Below, piece by piece: positions 26,389 to 36,300 of a DNA stretch of 47,857 nt. This DNA comes from an uncultured Clostridia bacterium (GTDB taxonomy: Bacteria > Bacillota > Clostridia > Oscillospirales > CAG-272), in NCBI GenBank assembly GCA_944389045.1, contig CALXKW010000001.1, positions 1 through 47,857 of the forward strand, read 5' to 3'. A program made the position numbers and the translations under genes. The notes beneath the pieces are model-generated. The model was not told where the DNA came from and did not search any database. It saw nothing but the letters and a program-made list of their open reading frames with translations. Positions within the stretch are counted from its first letter, which is position 1; each line of letters starts with the position of its first letter.

Positions 26389-28350
26389 ATGTGTATCATT
26401 ATGAAACCAAAAGTGATTAGTCGTTTTGTTTCGTTGCTCCTTGCGCTCTCGCTGTTTTTAACACTGTTTCCTTGTATGGCATTTGCTGAAGGTACAACTT
26501 CAACCGTCTCCACGAGACAACCAACATTCGAAGATATTCTTGCCGGAAATGTAACACCTGAAGAATTTGAGCTTTTTTTCAACAATCAGAACGTAGCTAC
26601 TACATATAATGTATCAGCAACGTCCTATATTTCAAACGACACCTATTATATAAACAATAGCTACTGCGGCAAATATCTTTCTTATTCATCATCTTCGGCT
26701 GCGGTAGCGTCGGGATTGATGTCGTCTTTAGGAAATTCTATTCTTTGGGAAGTTAGCAGTATTAGTGGAGGATATGTAATTCGTTCAAAATCCGATTCTA
26801 CTAAATATCTTGGCGTTCCATCAAGCACATCGAATTCTGGCGTTTCCATAGTTACTGTGAGCAGCGGCTCTTCTGTCCCATCAAGATGTATTTGGACAAT
26901 ATCAACAGCAAGTAATGGCGGTACACTCATAAAAAATACATACAATTCCCGTTATCTTTATTCTCTTGGAACCGCGCTGGCCACAGCATCCAGTACCGGT
27001 ACGGTTGGATCCGTTGATTACGACTCAAAGGTATGGCGAATTGCAACCGATTCATACTATGGTTCTTCCGGTACATATAAGGAATTAACTTCATATACCG
27101 TATCCAATACTTCCATTTGCATAGGGGAACCGATAAACCCAACTATTGTAAAAAGTCCTTCTAATACTTTGTGGGCATCTGCAAAAGACTTTACTTATTC
27201 ATCCGGAGACCAATATCAGGTTGATTATCGTACCGGAACAATTACCGGAACTCAGAACGGCAGCAAACAAGTTACAGCCACACACAAAGTGACCGGAAAG
27301 ACTGCAACTTTCACTATAACCGTAGATGATTCCATGCTCGCAGCAAGTTGTCTCGAAGGGGCGACTTATAATATTCGTTATAATGCGGGAAATAATTGCA
27401 GCGGCCTTACAAATGGAGTTGTTTGGAGCTCCTCTGATACAAGCGTTGCGACGGTATCGTCTTCCGGTGTGGTTACAGGAGGCGAATCCGGGTACGCATT
27501 TATTTATGCAGAAAACTTGGATGAAGAAATAATTCTTGCATGTGAAATCAAAGTCCAAAGTGTTCTAAATCAAAAATTAGCTAACCTCTCTTCTAATGAA
27601 ATTCAATATTTATATTGTCCGAGTTCTTATTTATCCTTATGGACTTCAAGCCTGCCGGATCCGTTTGAATTCAAATTAAATGTACTCTATTGTCTGCGCG
27701 AATATTATACAAAGCCGCAAAGTCAACACCCAACAGGAGCAGAGTTGGTGACCATATTAAGTGATTTTTTAGTTATTGATGCCGATTCTGCTTTGTGGTT
27801 GTTTAACGAATGCTACTTGGGTTATCATGGCCTTTATAATAGCGATTTCTTAACCGCGCAGCGTATAAACTATTTTAATTACTTAAAAGAAATCATTACC
27901 TTCTGTGCCTTCAGCATGGCGGCGAATCTGGACCCCGTGAACTCGCTCTCCAACTGCAACGGATATGATGACTTCGTCTACGATTTGTCTAGAGAATGGG
28001 GACATAATGAGTCCAGTCCAAACGTAATGCTTGGTTCAAATGGTCATGAAGGAAAATTTTACTTCAAGGAAGCACAAAAATACGGCTATAGATACTTCCA
28101 TTCCTATGAATACGATTCAGTTCTTAACAAATACGGAAGTGAAGTTGTTCGATCGGCAAATATAAGATTCATACAAAGATGCCTTAATGACAACAATAAT
28201 TTCTTTTTTTCGCATGATCCAACACGAGCTCCACTGAATTCTTCTCTGCATATGGAATATTCTTATTTATATAATTACTACCTCAATGAATGGGGAGTTG
28301 TATATTTGAAAAAAGAATTTGGACTTTGGTTCTTTTCAGATACTCCGTAA
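26389..28350 (+). CDS. secreted protein: signal peptide, ricin-type beta-trefoil, Big_2-like Ig domains, unassigned C-terminal domain
   Basis: Signal peptide MKPKVISRFVSLLLALSLFLTLFPCMAFA (ATG 26401 is an alternative start). Three xxW subrepeats (ILWEV, CIWTI, KVWRI). Big_2-like VTATHKVTGKTATFTITV and VVWSSSDTSVATVSSSGVVTG. Confidence 0.7.
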   Translation: MCIIMKPKVISRFVSLLLALSLFLTLFPCMAFAEGTTSTVSTRQPTFEDILAGNVTPEEFELFFNNQNVATTYNVSATSYISNDTYYINNSYCGKYLSYSSSSAAVASGLMSSLGNSILWEVSSISGGYVIRSKSDSTKYLGVPSSTSNSGVSIVTVSSGSSVPSRCIWTISTASNGGTLIKNTYNSRYLYSLGTALATASSTGTVGSVDYDSKVWRIATDSYYGSSGTYKELTSYTVSNTSICIGEPINPTIVKSPSNTLWASAKDFTYSSGDQYQVDYRTGTITGTQNGSKQVTATHKVTGKTATFTITVDDSMLAASCLEGATYNIRYNAGNNCSGLTNGVVWSSSDTSVATVSSSGVVTGGESGYAFIYAENLDEEIILACEIKVQSVLNQKLANLSSNEIQYLYCPSSYLSLWTSSLPDPFEFKLNVLYCLREYYTKPQSQHPTGAELVTILSDFLVIDADSALWLFNECYLGYHGLYNSDFLTAQRINYFNYLKEIITFCAFSMAANLDPVNSLSNCNGYDDFVYDLSREWGHNESSPNVMLGSNGHEGKFYFKEAQKYGYRYFHSYEYDSVLNKYGSEVVRSANIRFIQRCLNDNNNFFFSHDPTRAPLNSSLHMEYSYLYNYYLNEWGVVYLKKEFGLWFFSDTP

Positions 28351-28431
28351 GTAATCTTACAGGTAATGGGATATCCATTTACAGATATCCCATTACTGCT
28401 ATTTTTCAATAAACTTGGAGATTCATCGCTT

Positions 28432-29220
28432 ATGCAATTTACATTAACACCCTTTAGAACTATTTTAAAAACCGGGATCGCAGAAAACACCCCTTTAGCC
28501 AGCCGTATTATTGATGAAATATGGCGCAAATTTAATGTTCGTGTAGTTTACTTTGAGGTACAAGACAGCACTAAACTGATAATTCCTCCCAAGACCTCTA
28601 TAGAAAAGCTTATAAAATCAAACAAAATTGAATTTGTCCAAGAAGCAATCCTAACACTTAACATCCATTCTATTAAATCAAACCTGCCCGCTGACATGGA
28701 ATCTTTGAAAAAAGAGCTGCAGGATTTCTTCTTTAATTTTTTAAGCGATAACGGGGTATCCTTTGATTATAAACGATTATATGTACCTGATGAAATGAGA
28801 TACTACGGTTGGTATAACACCCGAAAAAGTGATTGGGATACCACAAAGATTATCCCTACAAAGCCGACTACTCTGAAAAGAGAATTTACTGATATTGAAA
28901 AGATAGATACTTTGGCTCTTTGGCATTATATGAGCGACACATTAAAAAAAGCCAACAATTGTGAAATCGCCAAATATTATGGCGCTCAAGTGTACATTAC
29001 ATTTAGAAAAGGAGTCTCAACATACATCGCTATTATACCCAAAGTGATAATTAGAGATATGAACCGTTCTGCCTTTGCAAAAGAATTTGCCGCTTATATG
29101 ACTTCTGTTTTGAAACCGCTCGATGTTTGGGATATTGTTTCGCCAAAGACCATGACACCAATTGTTACCACTTGGGATGCGCTGACGCCGGAAGAACGGT
29201 TTTGTATTTTAAGAAATTAA
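28432..29220 (+). CDS. hypothetical cytoplasmic protein, possible partner or immunity protein of the upstream secreted protein
   Basis: ORF 28366-29220. ATG 28432 has GGAGA 10 nt upstream. No signal peptide and no recognisable motif. Confidence 0.55.
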   Translation: MQFTLTPFRTILKTGIAENTPLASRIIDEIWRKFNVRVVYFEVQDSTKLIIPPKTSIEKLIKSNKIEFVQEAILTLNIHSIKSNLPADMESLKKELQDFFFNFLSDNGVSFDYKRLYVPDEMRYYGWYNTRKSDWDTTKIIPTKPTTLKREFTDIEKIDTLALWHYMSDTLKKANNCEIAKYYGAQVYITFRKGVSTYIAIIPKVIIRDMNRSAFAKEFAAYMTSVLKPLDVWDIVSPKTMTPIVTTWDALTPEERFCILRN

Positions 29221-29286
29221 GCAAATAATTTATGCTTTTTTCCCTTTGGGAAACACAAGCCGGTGAATTCCGGTATTGCTTTGTAG

Positions 29287-29322
29287 AAAGCCTCTGAGAT
29301 AACAGTTCTCAGAGGCTTTTTT
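29287..29322 (+). terminator. rho-independent terminator
   Basis: 13-bp stem AAAGCCTCTGAGA / TCTCAGAGGCTTT with a 7-nt loop, running into a T6 tract. Confidence 0.85.
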
Positions 29323-29442
29323 GTGTAAGATAGTAATTATCCCTCAAAAGGGAAGTGTACTTTTTCGGCCGCTCTTAGATTGGGACTACTTGGCTTGCGT
29401 TTGAGGTTGGGAAGGATAAATAGATTTTTATAGAGAAAGTGG

Positions 29443-29476
29443 GAGCGGTATCGTTATCCGATACCGCTCTTTGTTT
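29443..29476. terminator. 11-bp stem-loop GAGCGGTATCG-TTATC-CGATACCGCTC, likely a convergent/bidirectional terminator; a related copy lies at 37315-37345
   Basis: 35 nt downstream of the - strand lipoprotein stop. T-rich on the + side (TTTGTTTATT). Confidence 0.5.
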
Positions 29477-29504
29477 ATTATTGCGCATCTACTCTATATA
29501 AAAC

Positions 29505-30269
29505 TTATTCCACAGAAAACCAATAGAGTCTTCCGTCCGGTTTATATTGCAAGAAACCTCTGTCACATCCTATATACAAAACGTCGTCCAAAAACACCAT
29601 GGAAGTCGGACCCAAGGATCTCCACCATGCGCCGGAAATTACAATTTCCACATTGCCTTCTCTGTCGATTTTAAGCAGATTCGACGAGGTGATCACATAC
29701 GCATTTTCTTCCGAATCACACGCAAAATCGGCTATGAACCAGTCCTCAATTGTCGCATATCTTTCCCATTTCCAATATCCCGATTCGTTTTCGGGGGTAT
29801 ATTGCAAGAGATACAAATAGCTTTGATAGTCGACGGCCGAACTCGTGCATGTCACAAAGCAACCGTCCGCTATCTCTTCAAAGCCGTGACAGCTCTCTCT
29901 TGCAATGAGAATATCCTCTTCTCCGCTAACATCGCTATGGTATTCCGAATACCGCAGCCAGCCGTCAAATTCCCCCAGATCCAATCCGGTAAAATACCCG
30001 TAACCTCCCATGGCAACATGTGCATTTATGGGCTTTCGATACGAGGACAATACCAATTTGCCGCAATACTCATCGACTACAACATAGTCCGATTTTGCAG
30101 TAATATCCAAAGTCACCCCATTCTCATCCAGCAATACGCCCGCGTACTCGGTTATTCCATAATCCATGGACAAGACTTCCATTGTATATTCCGCCTGACC
30201 GCAGGAGGTTAAGAAAAGACAGCCAATCGCTATGAACAGGAAAATTTTAGTCCGAGAAGATTTTTTCAT
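29505..30269 (-). CDS. lipoprotein, candidate immunity protein for the Rhs tip
   Basis: MKKSSRTKIFLFIAIGCLFLTSCGQ (lipobox LTSC). ATG 30269 follows AAAGGAAG. Lies directly downstream of the Rhs gene. Confidence 0.65.
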   Translation of the reverse strand: MKKSSRTKIFLFIAIGCLFLTSCGQAEYTMEVLSMDYGITEYAGVLLDENGVTLDITAKSDYVVVDEYCGKLVLSSYRKPINAHVAMGGYGYFTGLDLGEFDGWLRYSEYHSDVSGEEDILIARESCHGFEEIADGCFVTCTSSAVDYQSYLYLLQYTPENESGYWKWERYATIEDWFIADFACDSEENAYVITSSNLLKIDREGNVEIVISGAWWRSLGPTSMVFLDDVLYIGCDRGFLQYKPDGRLYWFSVE

Positions 30270-30398
30270 TTTCTTCCTTTCTGACACTCATCGTCACCAT
30301 AGATGTATTTTTTGATTAACCGTTAATTGTGTTAGTATGACAGGGAAATAGCCATTTGAGGTAAATCTTTTACTTCCTCCTCTGTTTTTTTGTTGTTA

Positions 30399-33300
30399 TT
30401 AGTTCATATAAGTCCAAATCAAAATATCTTCATATTGATAAGGTCGCTTTCGATCATATTCCAAATAGTAGACACTATGTAGTGCGCCTCCTCGCAAATC
30501 ATCCATAACGGCTAAATAGAATTCAATATTTGGGTGGCGATACGCAAATTTAACATCCGGAAGAGAAAACAACGAATGATCAGGCTTTGGATGTGAATGA
30601 ATTTGTGCAACAACTACAGCATATGCTGGTTTTTTATCAAGCTCCACAGTAAGACGGGTGTTCATTTCTGAAGTGTACATCATATTCACATCGTAATAAA
30701 ATTTAGGATCACCTTCATATTGAAAAATGTTAATCCCATACTCATATCGGGTTATTCGATGCTCTTTTTCCATTTCAAAACTTGCAGAAATGACCGCTTC
30801 TTCTATTGTATCAAAACCAGTTTCCGGTTTATAAATATCATCCGATTCATCATAATCGGAATTATTACATCCGGATAGTGCAAATAACGAAACAACAGCC
30901 AGTCCGGCCGCAACAAATATTGAAATTATAAACCGCCCGCTATTATCAACATACATGATAGGATTGTTGGAGCAGTAGGCGTACATATTGAAGCCTATAA
31001 TATCGCCATTTGCATTGACAGAACTATCAACATTGATGAATCTGCCTATCGTTGGGTCATAGTAGCGGCTTCCGAGGTAGTAAAAACCACTTTCACTATC
31101 CCGATAATATCCGCGGTAACGGAAAGGATTGTAGATAAAGGCATTGCTGTCGGTATAGCTCTGGCTGACCGTATTTCCCCAAGCGTCGTAGACATAGGTC
31201 ACCACACGGTCTCCCACGGCATTTATGATTCCGACAATATCCCCCTGCAGATTCTTCTCATAAGTATATGTCGTCCCATTCAGCTTCATACCGATCGGAG
31301 AACCCGCCCCATCGTATAGATAGACGATGACTGTACTTCCTTGTTTTTCGGCGAGGATTCGGCTTCCGTCCAGCACATATTCGGTGACCGTGCCATTGCG
31401 GCTTTTGCTTATCCGGTTTCCTTCCGCATTATAAACGTACTGGGTGATATCGGTAGATCCCCTTGCCAATGCGTTTAACTTTCGGCCTTTACTCCAGAAC
31501 AGATTACAGAAAGATCCGTTGTAATAAGAAGTGGGGTTTCCAAGAGCATCGTAACTCAATGTGACCCCTCGGTAAGCGGTCATTTGATCGCCCCATTCCG
31601 CATTGCCATAGCTATAGTCGTATGTGCTCTGTACGCTTCCCAGCGTTCCGGTCGTATAGGCGTAGGTCTTCTTTGACGTGATATTCCCGCCCTTGTCATA
31701 GGCATAGACATAGCTCTTGCCTGCCTCCGCATTGTCTTCCCGGATAAGCTGGCTCAGGTTGTCGTAGCTATAGCGGTACTTCAGTACGCCGTTCAGCCGG
31801 ATCTCGGTAATGTTACCAAGTCTGTCGTAAGTATAAGTGTAGGCAGTCGAACTCTTGGTCGTTGTCAGATACTCGATTGTCGAAGTGAACTGCTCCACCT
31901 GTCCGGTCTCGCTCTCACCTTTGCTTCCGTTGGCCAGGCGGTAAGTGTAAAGGTTATATTGCTTCACGCTGCCCAAACTCGTGGTTTTACCGGCCAGACG
32001 ACTCATTCCGTCGTAAACGTAATAAATGGTATCCGACGATGAAGTACCTCCGAAATAGAGCGTATCGAGCCGGCCGGCTGTATCGTAGACGAAGCTGTAC
32101 GCTTCACTATACTGGGTTCCCCCCAGAAGATACACAGCTTCTGTCTCCGAGAGCTGGCCCTTGCTGTCATACTGCAGATTCTGACGATATTCTACCGAAA
32201 CCGTCCCGCTCGTCTGATCAAGGCGTGTTACAGAGAGCATCTTACCATCCGCGTCATACTCATAATTGTATTTTGCTTTCTCGATATAATCGATGAATTC
32301 CGATACATAGCCTTGGCTGTTATAGACGTACTCACAGGCCGTCGTGTACGAATAGCTGTCATAGCTGCTGTCACTTGTCGGCAATGTTCCGGATATCTGA
32401 GTATAACACTCTTTCGAGAGACGTTCAAGAGAATCGTAGATGTATTTGACTACATATCCGTTTCCATACACCACATACTTCAGTTTTCCGTTTGCGGCAT
32501 TATAGATGTACTTGGCAATTTCAGCGTCTCCCACCGAAATCGCAGTTTGGTTCCCATAGGCGTCGTAATCGAAAGTGTAGGTGGTAGTTGCCGTTGCAAT
32601 CGCCGCAAGTTCACTACCCTCGTAAGTGAACAAGGCCCTCTCGGAATTATTCTCGGTTATATATCCCGTTCCGCTGACTAAGGCGGGGCGCGCCGAAACC
32701 TGACGCCTCAGCGCGTCATAGCTGTAGGCCATTCCGGTCCCGTCCGAGTAAGTGACCGCCAGCAGATCCCCGTTTGTCTCGTTATAATAGTAGGTCGTGA
32801 CGAGTCCCGTGTTGTCCTCGTATGTAAGCGGTTTTCCGAAAATCCGAGGCGTCTGTGAGTAGGTGTAGCTCGTGTCCGCCACTCCCTCATCCCCCGCAAT
32901 CTCTCCGATGTATTCGGGATTTCCCCAATCGTCATAGAGGATGTGGCAGTACGAAATAAAGCCTCCGTTTTCGTCGTACTTCCATATATCGATTACCCTA
33001 TGCTTTTCGTAGTCATATTTGATCTTTTTTCCATCCGCATAGATAATCGTATCGATTTCTCCGCCCGCGTCCGGATCGGTTTCCGAGTAATAGGTGGTGT
33101 CGGAACTTGAATAGACATCTCCATTTTTGACCGCGGTAACCCGTCCCTTGCTGTCATAGGTATAGTCTACCGTATCGGCGTGCGGCACCAGCATAATGTC
33201 GTCGAAGTACGCCTCTCCGTGGTTGTAGCCGTAGAGACAGTCAATCTGAATTAGGACCGGATAGCCCTTCTCCGGATCGGTCATCACCGGAATGCTGACA

Positions 33301-36300
33301 AACTGCCATGAGCTGATGCTGTCACTAAAGGATGCGTCAAAATACTCATACTCCCGCGTACTGCTCCCCGGCTTGACATATTCTACAATCGCCTGTATGC
33401 CAAACGTGCGGTCGCCGCGGAGCTTCAGCGAATCGGCCTTGGCCCAGCCGGACAGCAGGTAAGACCGCACAGGATTTTCCTTACTATAGGCCGCGTTCTG
33501 TATGATGGAGTTGACTTCGCTTTCACTCATCAGCGAGATCTCCTGCCCCTCAAAGCACAGAACATCCAGGTCTCCGGTAATGTTCAGCGAATAGCGGCCG
33601 GTGTGTGTCTGTGCCGTCGAGGTGTCGATTCCTCCCCATTTCTGGCCGGTCCAGGAAGGATTCTCAAAGCTGCCGTCCTCAATCAGCGAAAATTTACCCG
33701 CGCCTTCGTCTTTTACCAGTACTGCGTCGTCGATTGCAAAGATCGCGCTATACGAGGAAGACGAACGACTGGTCATAATCGATACCGTATAGTTTCCCGC
33801 CGTCGTCACCTTGAAAGTCGTACTCAGCGGGATATAGTCGAGCGTCATCGGTGTCCCGGATGCAAAGGAGAGCGTCTCACCTGTACGAATCACCTCAGTT
33901 CCGGAGGGCGCCCCCAAACGGATGGTCGAGGAGGTTGAAGAGCTTCCCGCCTTGCGCACAAAGGCCGAGAAGGTATAAGTTCCGGGTGTGAGATAAAGGC
34001 TTTGCTGACAGCCTCCCGACGTTTTTCCTGACCCGAACAATAATTGGACCGCCCTGTCTCCGCTCTTAGGTCCGCTCTGTACCGAGGCAAGCGTCGTCCC
34101 ATTGATCGAAGTCCAAGGGCTGTTTCCCGTAATCTCAAATCCGCCGTTCAGAAGAAGATTGGTTTGTGAGGCCCCCGAAGAAGACACCGTCCCCGGCTTA
34201 TTCGCAAGTTTCGGATTATTCTCCTCGTCTTCGAGATAGGAGGCCGAGGAAAAGCCATATACCATGCTGCTGTTAATATCAGTCACATAGGAATTGATCA
34301 CACGGAGATGATCATCATAGAGAATGACCGTCTGCAAATCGTCGCTGTTTCCGTACACGTCATCCGGTCCGGAACTGCGGATGAGATTGCGGCCGGAGGA
34401 ATGGGTCATGTTGATACGCTGCCCGGCTACGCTCCCTTCTCCGTATTCATACAAATTCGCCAGTTTCCCCGAGCCATTGAAGAAATATTTGAGCTTTGTT
34501 CCACTCAGTCCATCTACCGCTTCACTCAGGTAGCCTTGCGAATAGGTATAGCTGACCGTCGCTGCCAAAGAACCGTTGTAAAACTCGATGCGCCGCAGGT
34601 ACTTGGTCTGACTCTGGGAAATGTCGGTAGTTCCGGTTTGGGATGCGGAATAATACAGCTTGATGGAACGGCCGGTTCCGGTATAGGTAATCCCTGTTAG
34701 CACAGTCGCGTCACTTCCGGTATAATAGGAAAAACTTACTTGTATAAAAGAACTTTTACCCACGGGCTTAAGGGAAACCGATGCGAGACGTGCTCCTATA
34801 CGATTATAAATGCGCTCGTTTCCAAAGCTGTCAATTTCTTTGACCAGATAGCCGGACACGTCGAATCCCAGCAGATTGCCATGACCGTCGTGAATCTGGT
34901 ACTTCATCCCATTTGTCGTGGTGGAGAGAACCTCCAGTTCGAGGCCCAGTCCGTCTTCGTCGTAATATACCGTTCCTGACGAGCTGCTGTGGGGCAGGAA
35001 GGCATGTTCGGTCCCGTCGGCGTCAATCCAGATGTAATAGGCTTTTGATACTCCGCTCGGATCGTAATACGACTGAATAACAACCGACTGCTGGGAATCG
35101 AGCTTCCAGCCATACCCGGTGTTCGCCTGCATCGTAGTGGGGGCGTATGACGTATTGAAAAAGGCGTTCTTCTGATTGGAATTGTAGACCAGAGACGGGG
35201 TGTAAGGCATCAGTCCATCGTCTGTCGACCAACCCGAGAACTGGAAGGTCAGTGCGCCGGTTGCCTGATTCACATATCCATTTCCGGCCAGCCCCGCCCC
35301 TTGGGTCATATAGCTCCAATATGACTCTGTGCCATTTACTTTTCGGTAGTCCGCCCGATAGATCGGACGGTGTGTATTCGCATTGGTCGAATAAAAACGT
35401 ACATAGGAACGAATATTATCGATGCCGCGCAGAACCACACCGGTATTATTGCTGCTATTGACATACCAGCTCTCGGCCAGCTCGGTAATATCCCATTCGA
35501 GTTCGCCTCCGTCATTGTAGGTGTCGATGCGCACGCTGTCGATTACCCCGTCTGAGCCGGTAAACGAACCGTTCAGCGAGTTCCATGTGCTGGAGTAGCT
35601 CCAGCTTGCCGGCGCTTCGTAGAGTCCTACGTTGATATGAGTAGGATAGTAGGTAGAAAAAGCGATGCAGTAGAGAGTCAGCGAAGCCGAGATCAGAGTT
35701 GCCCCCGCCGGCAGAGAAGGAAGCGTCTCCGCCTTCCAGTAGGTGATGTATTCCTCTCCGCTGTTGGCCTCTCCCACATACAAATAGCTGCTTCCGCCGT
35801 AGGAGGAAGAGGGAGAGCCGCTGTAAATATAGGTATCGGTCATGTCGTTGTACCTGTTGGTACAAAGCGGCGGATCGATAGTGACCGGATAGACGCGGGA
35901 GGGGTCGTGCATCCATTCGTCGTCGGCCGTTACGGTGAGCTTCCAGCTGTTGTTGCCTGTTTGGGTCAGCGTGTAGTACGCTGTGCCCTCCGGGGCGTGG
36001 TCCCCAGCACCATCGTATACCACCGGCACGGGAATTGTATAGACTAACTCTCCGCTCTTTTGGTCTGTAATCACAACCGCACCGTCCTCGCCAAGCTCCG
36101 CCGTGAGATTGTTTAACTTCATCGTAAAGCTAAAGCTGTAGGAGGGGAGTGGCTTCTTGACGATGAGATTTTCCTTGATATTCAGGCTCTCGACTATGTA
36201 CTCAAGGTCTACTCCCTCCAGAATGTCGGAATAGATCACCCGCGAGGTCAGCTTGTCGAGCGTCGTCAGCTTCTGGAGCAGCGTCGCGCTCTCGTCAAGC

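Noticed and set aside
29547-30212. 221-aa + strand ORF antisense to the lipoprotein gene. Likewise 46114-46866 and 44975-45370, antisense to the MTase-helicase, and 41628-42158, antisense to DUF5131.
   Set aside because: None has an SD and the translations are of low plausibility. The opposite-strand genes have clear signal peptide or enzyme motifs.
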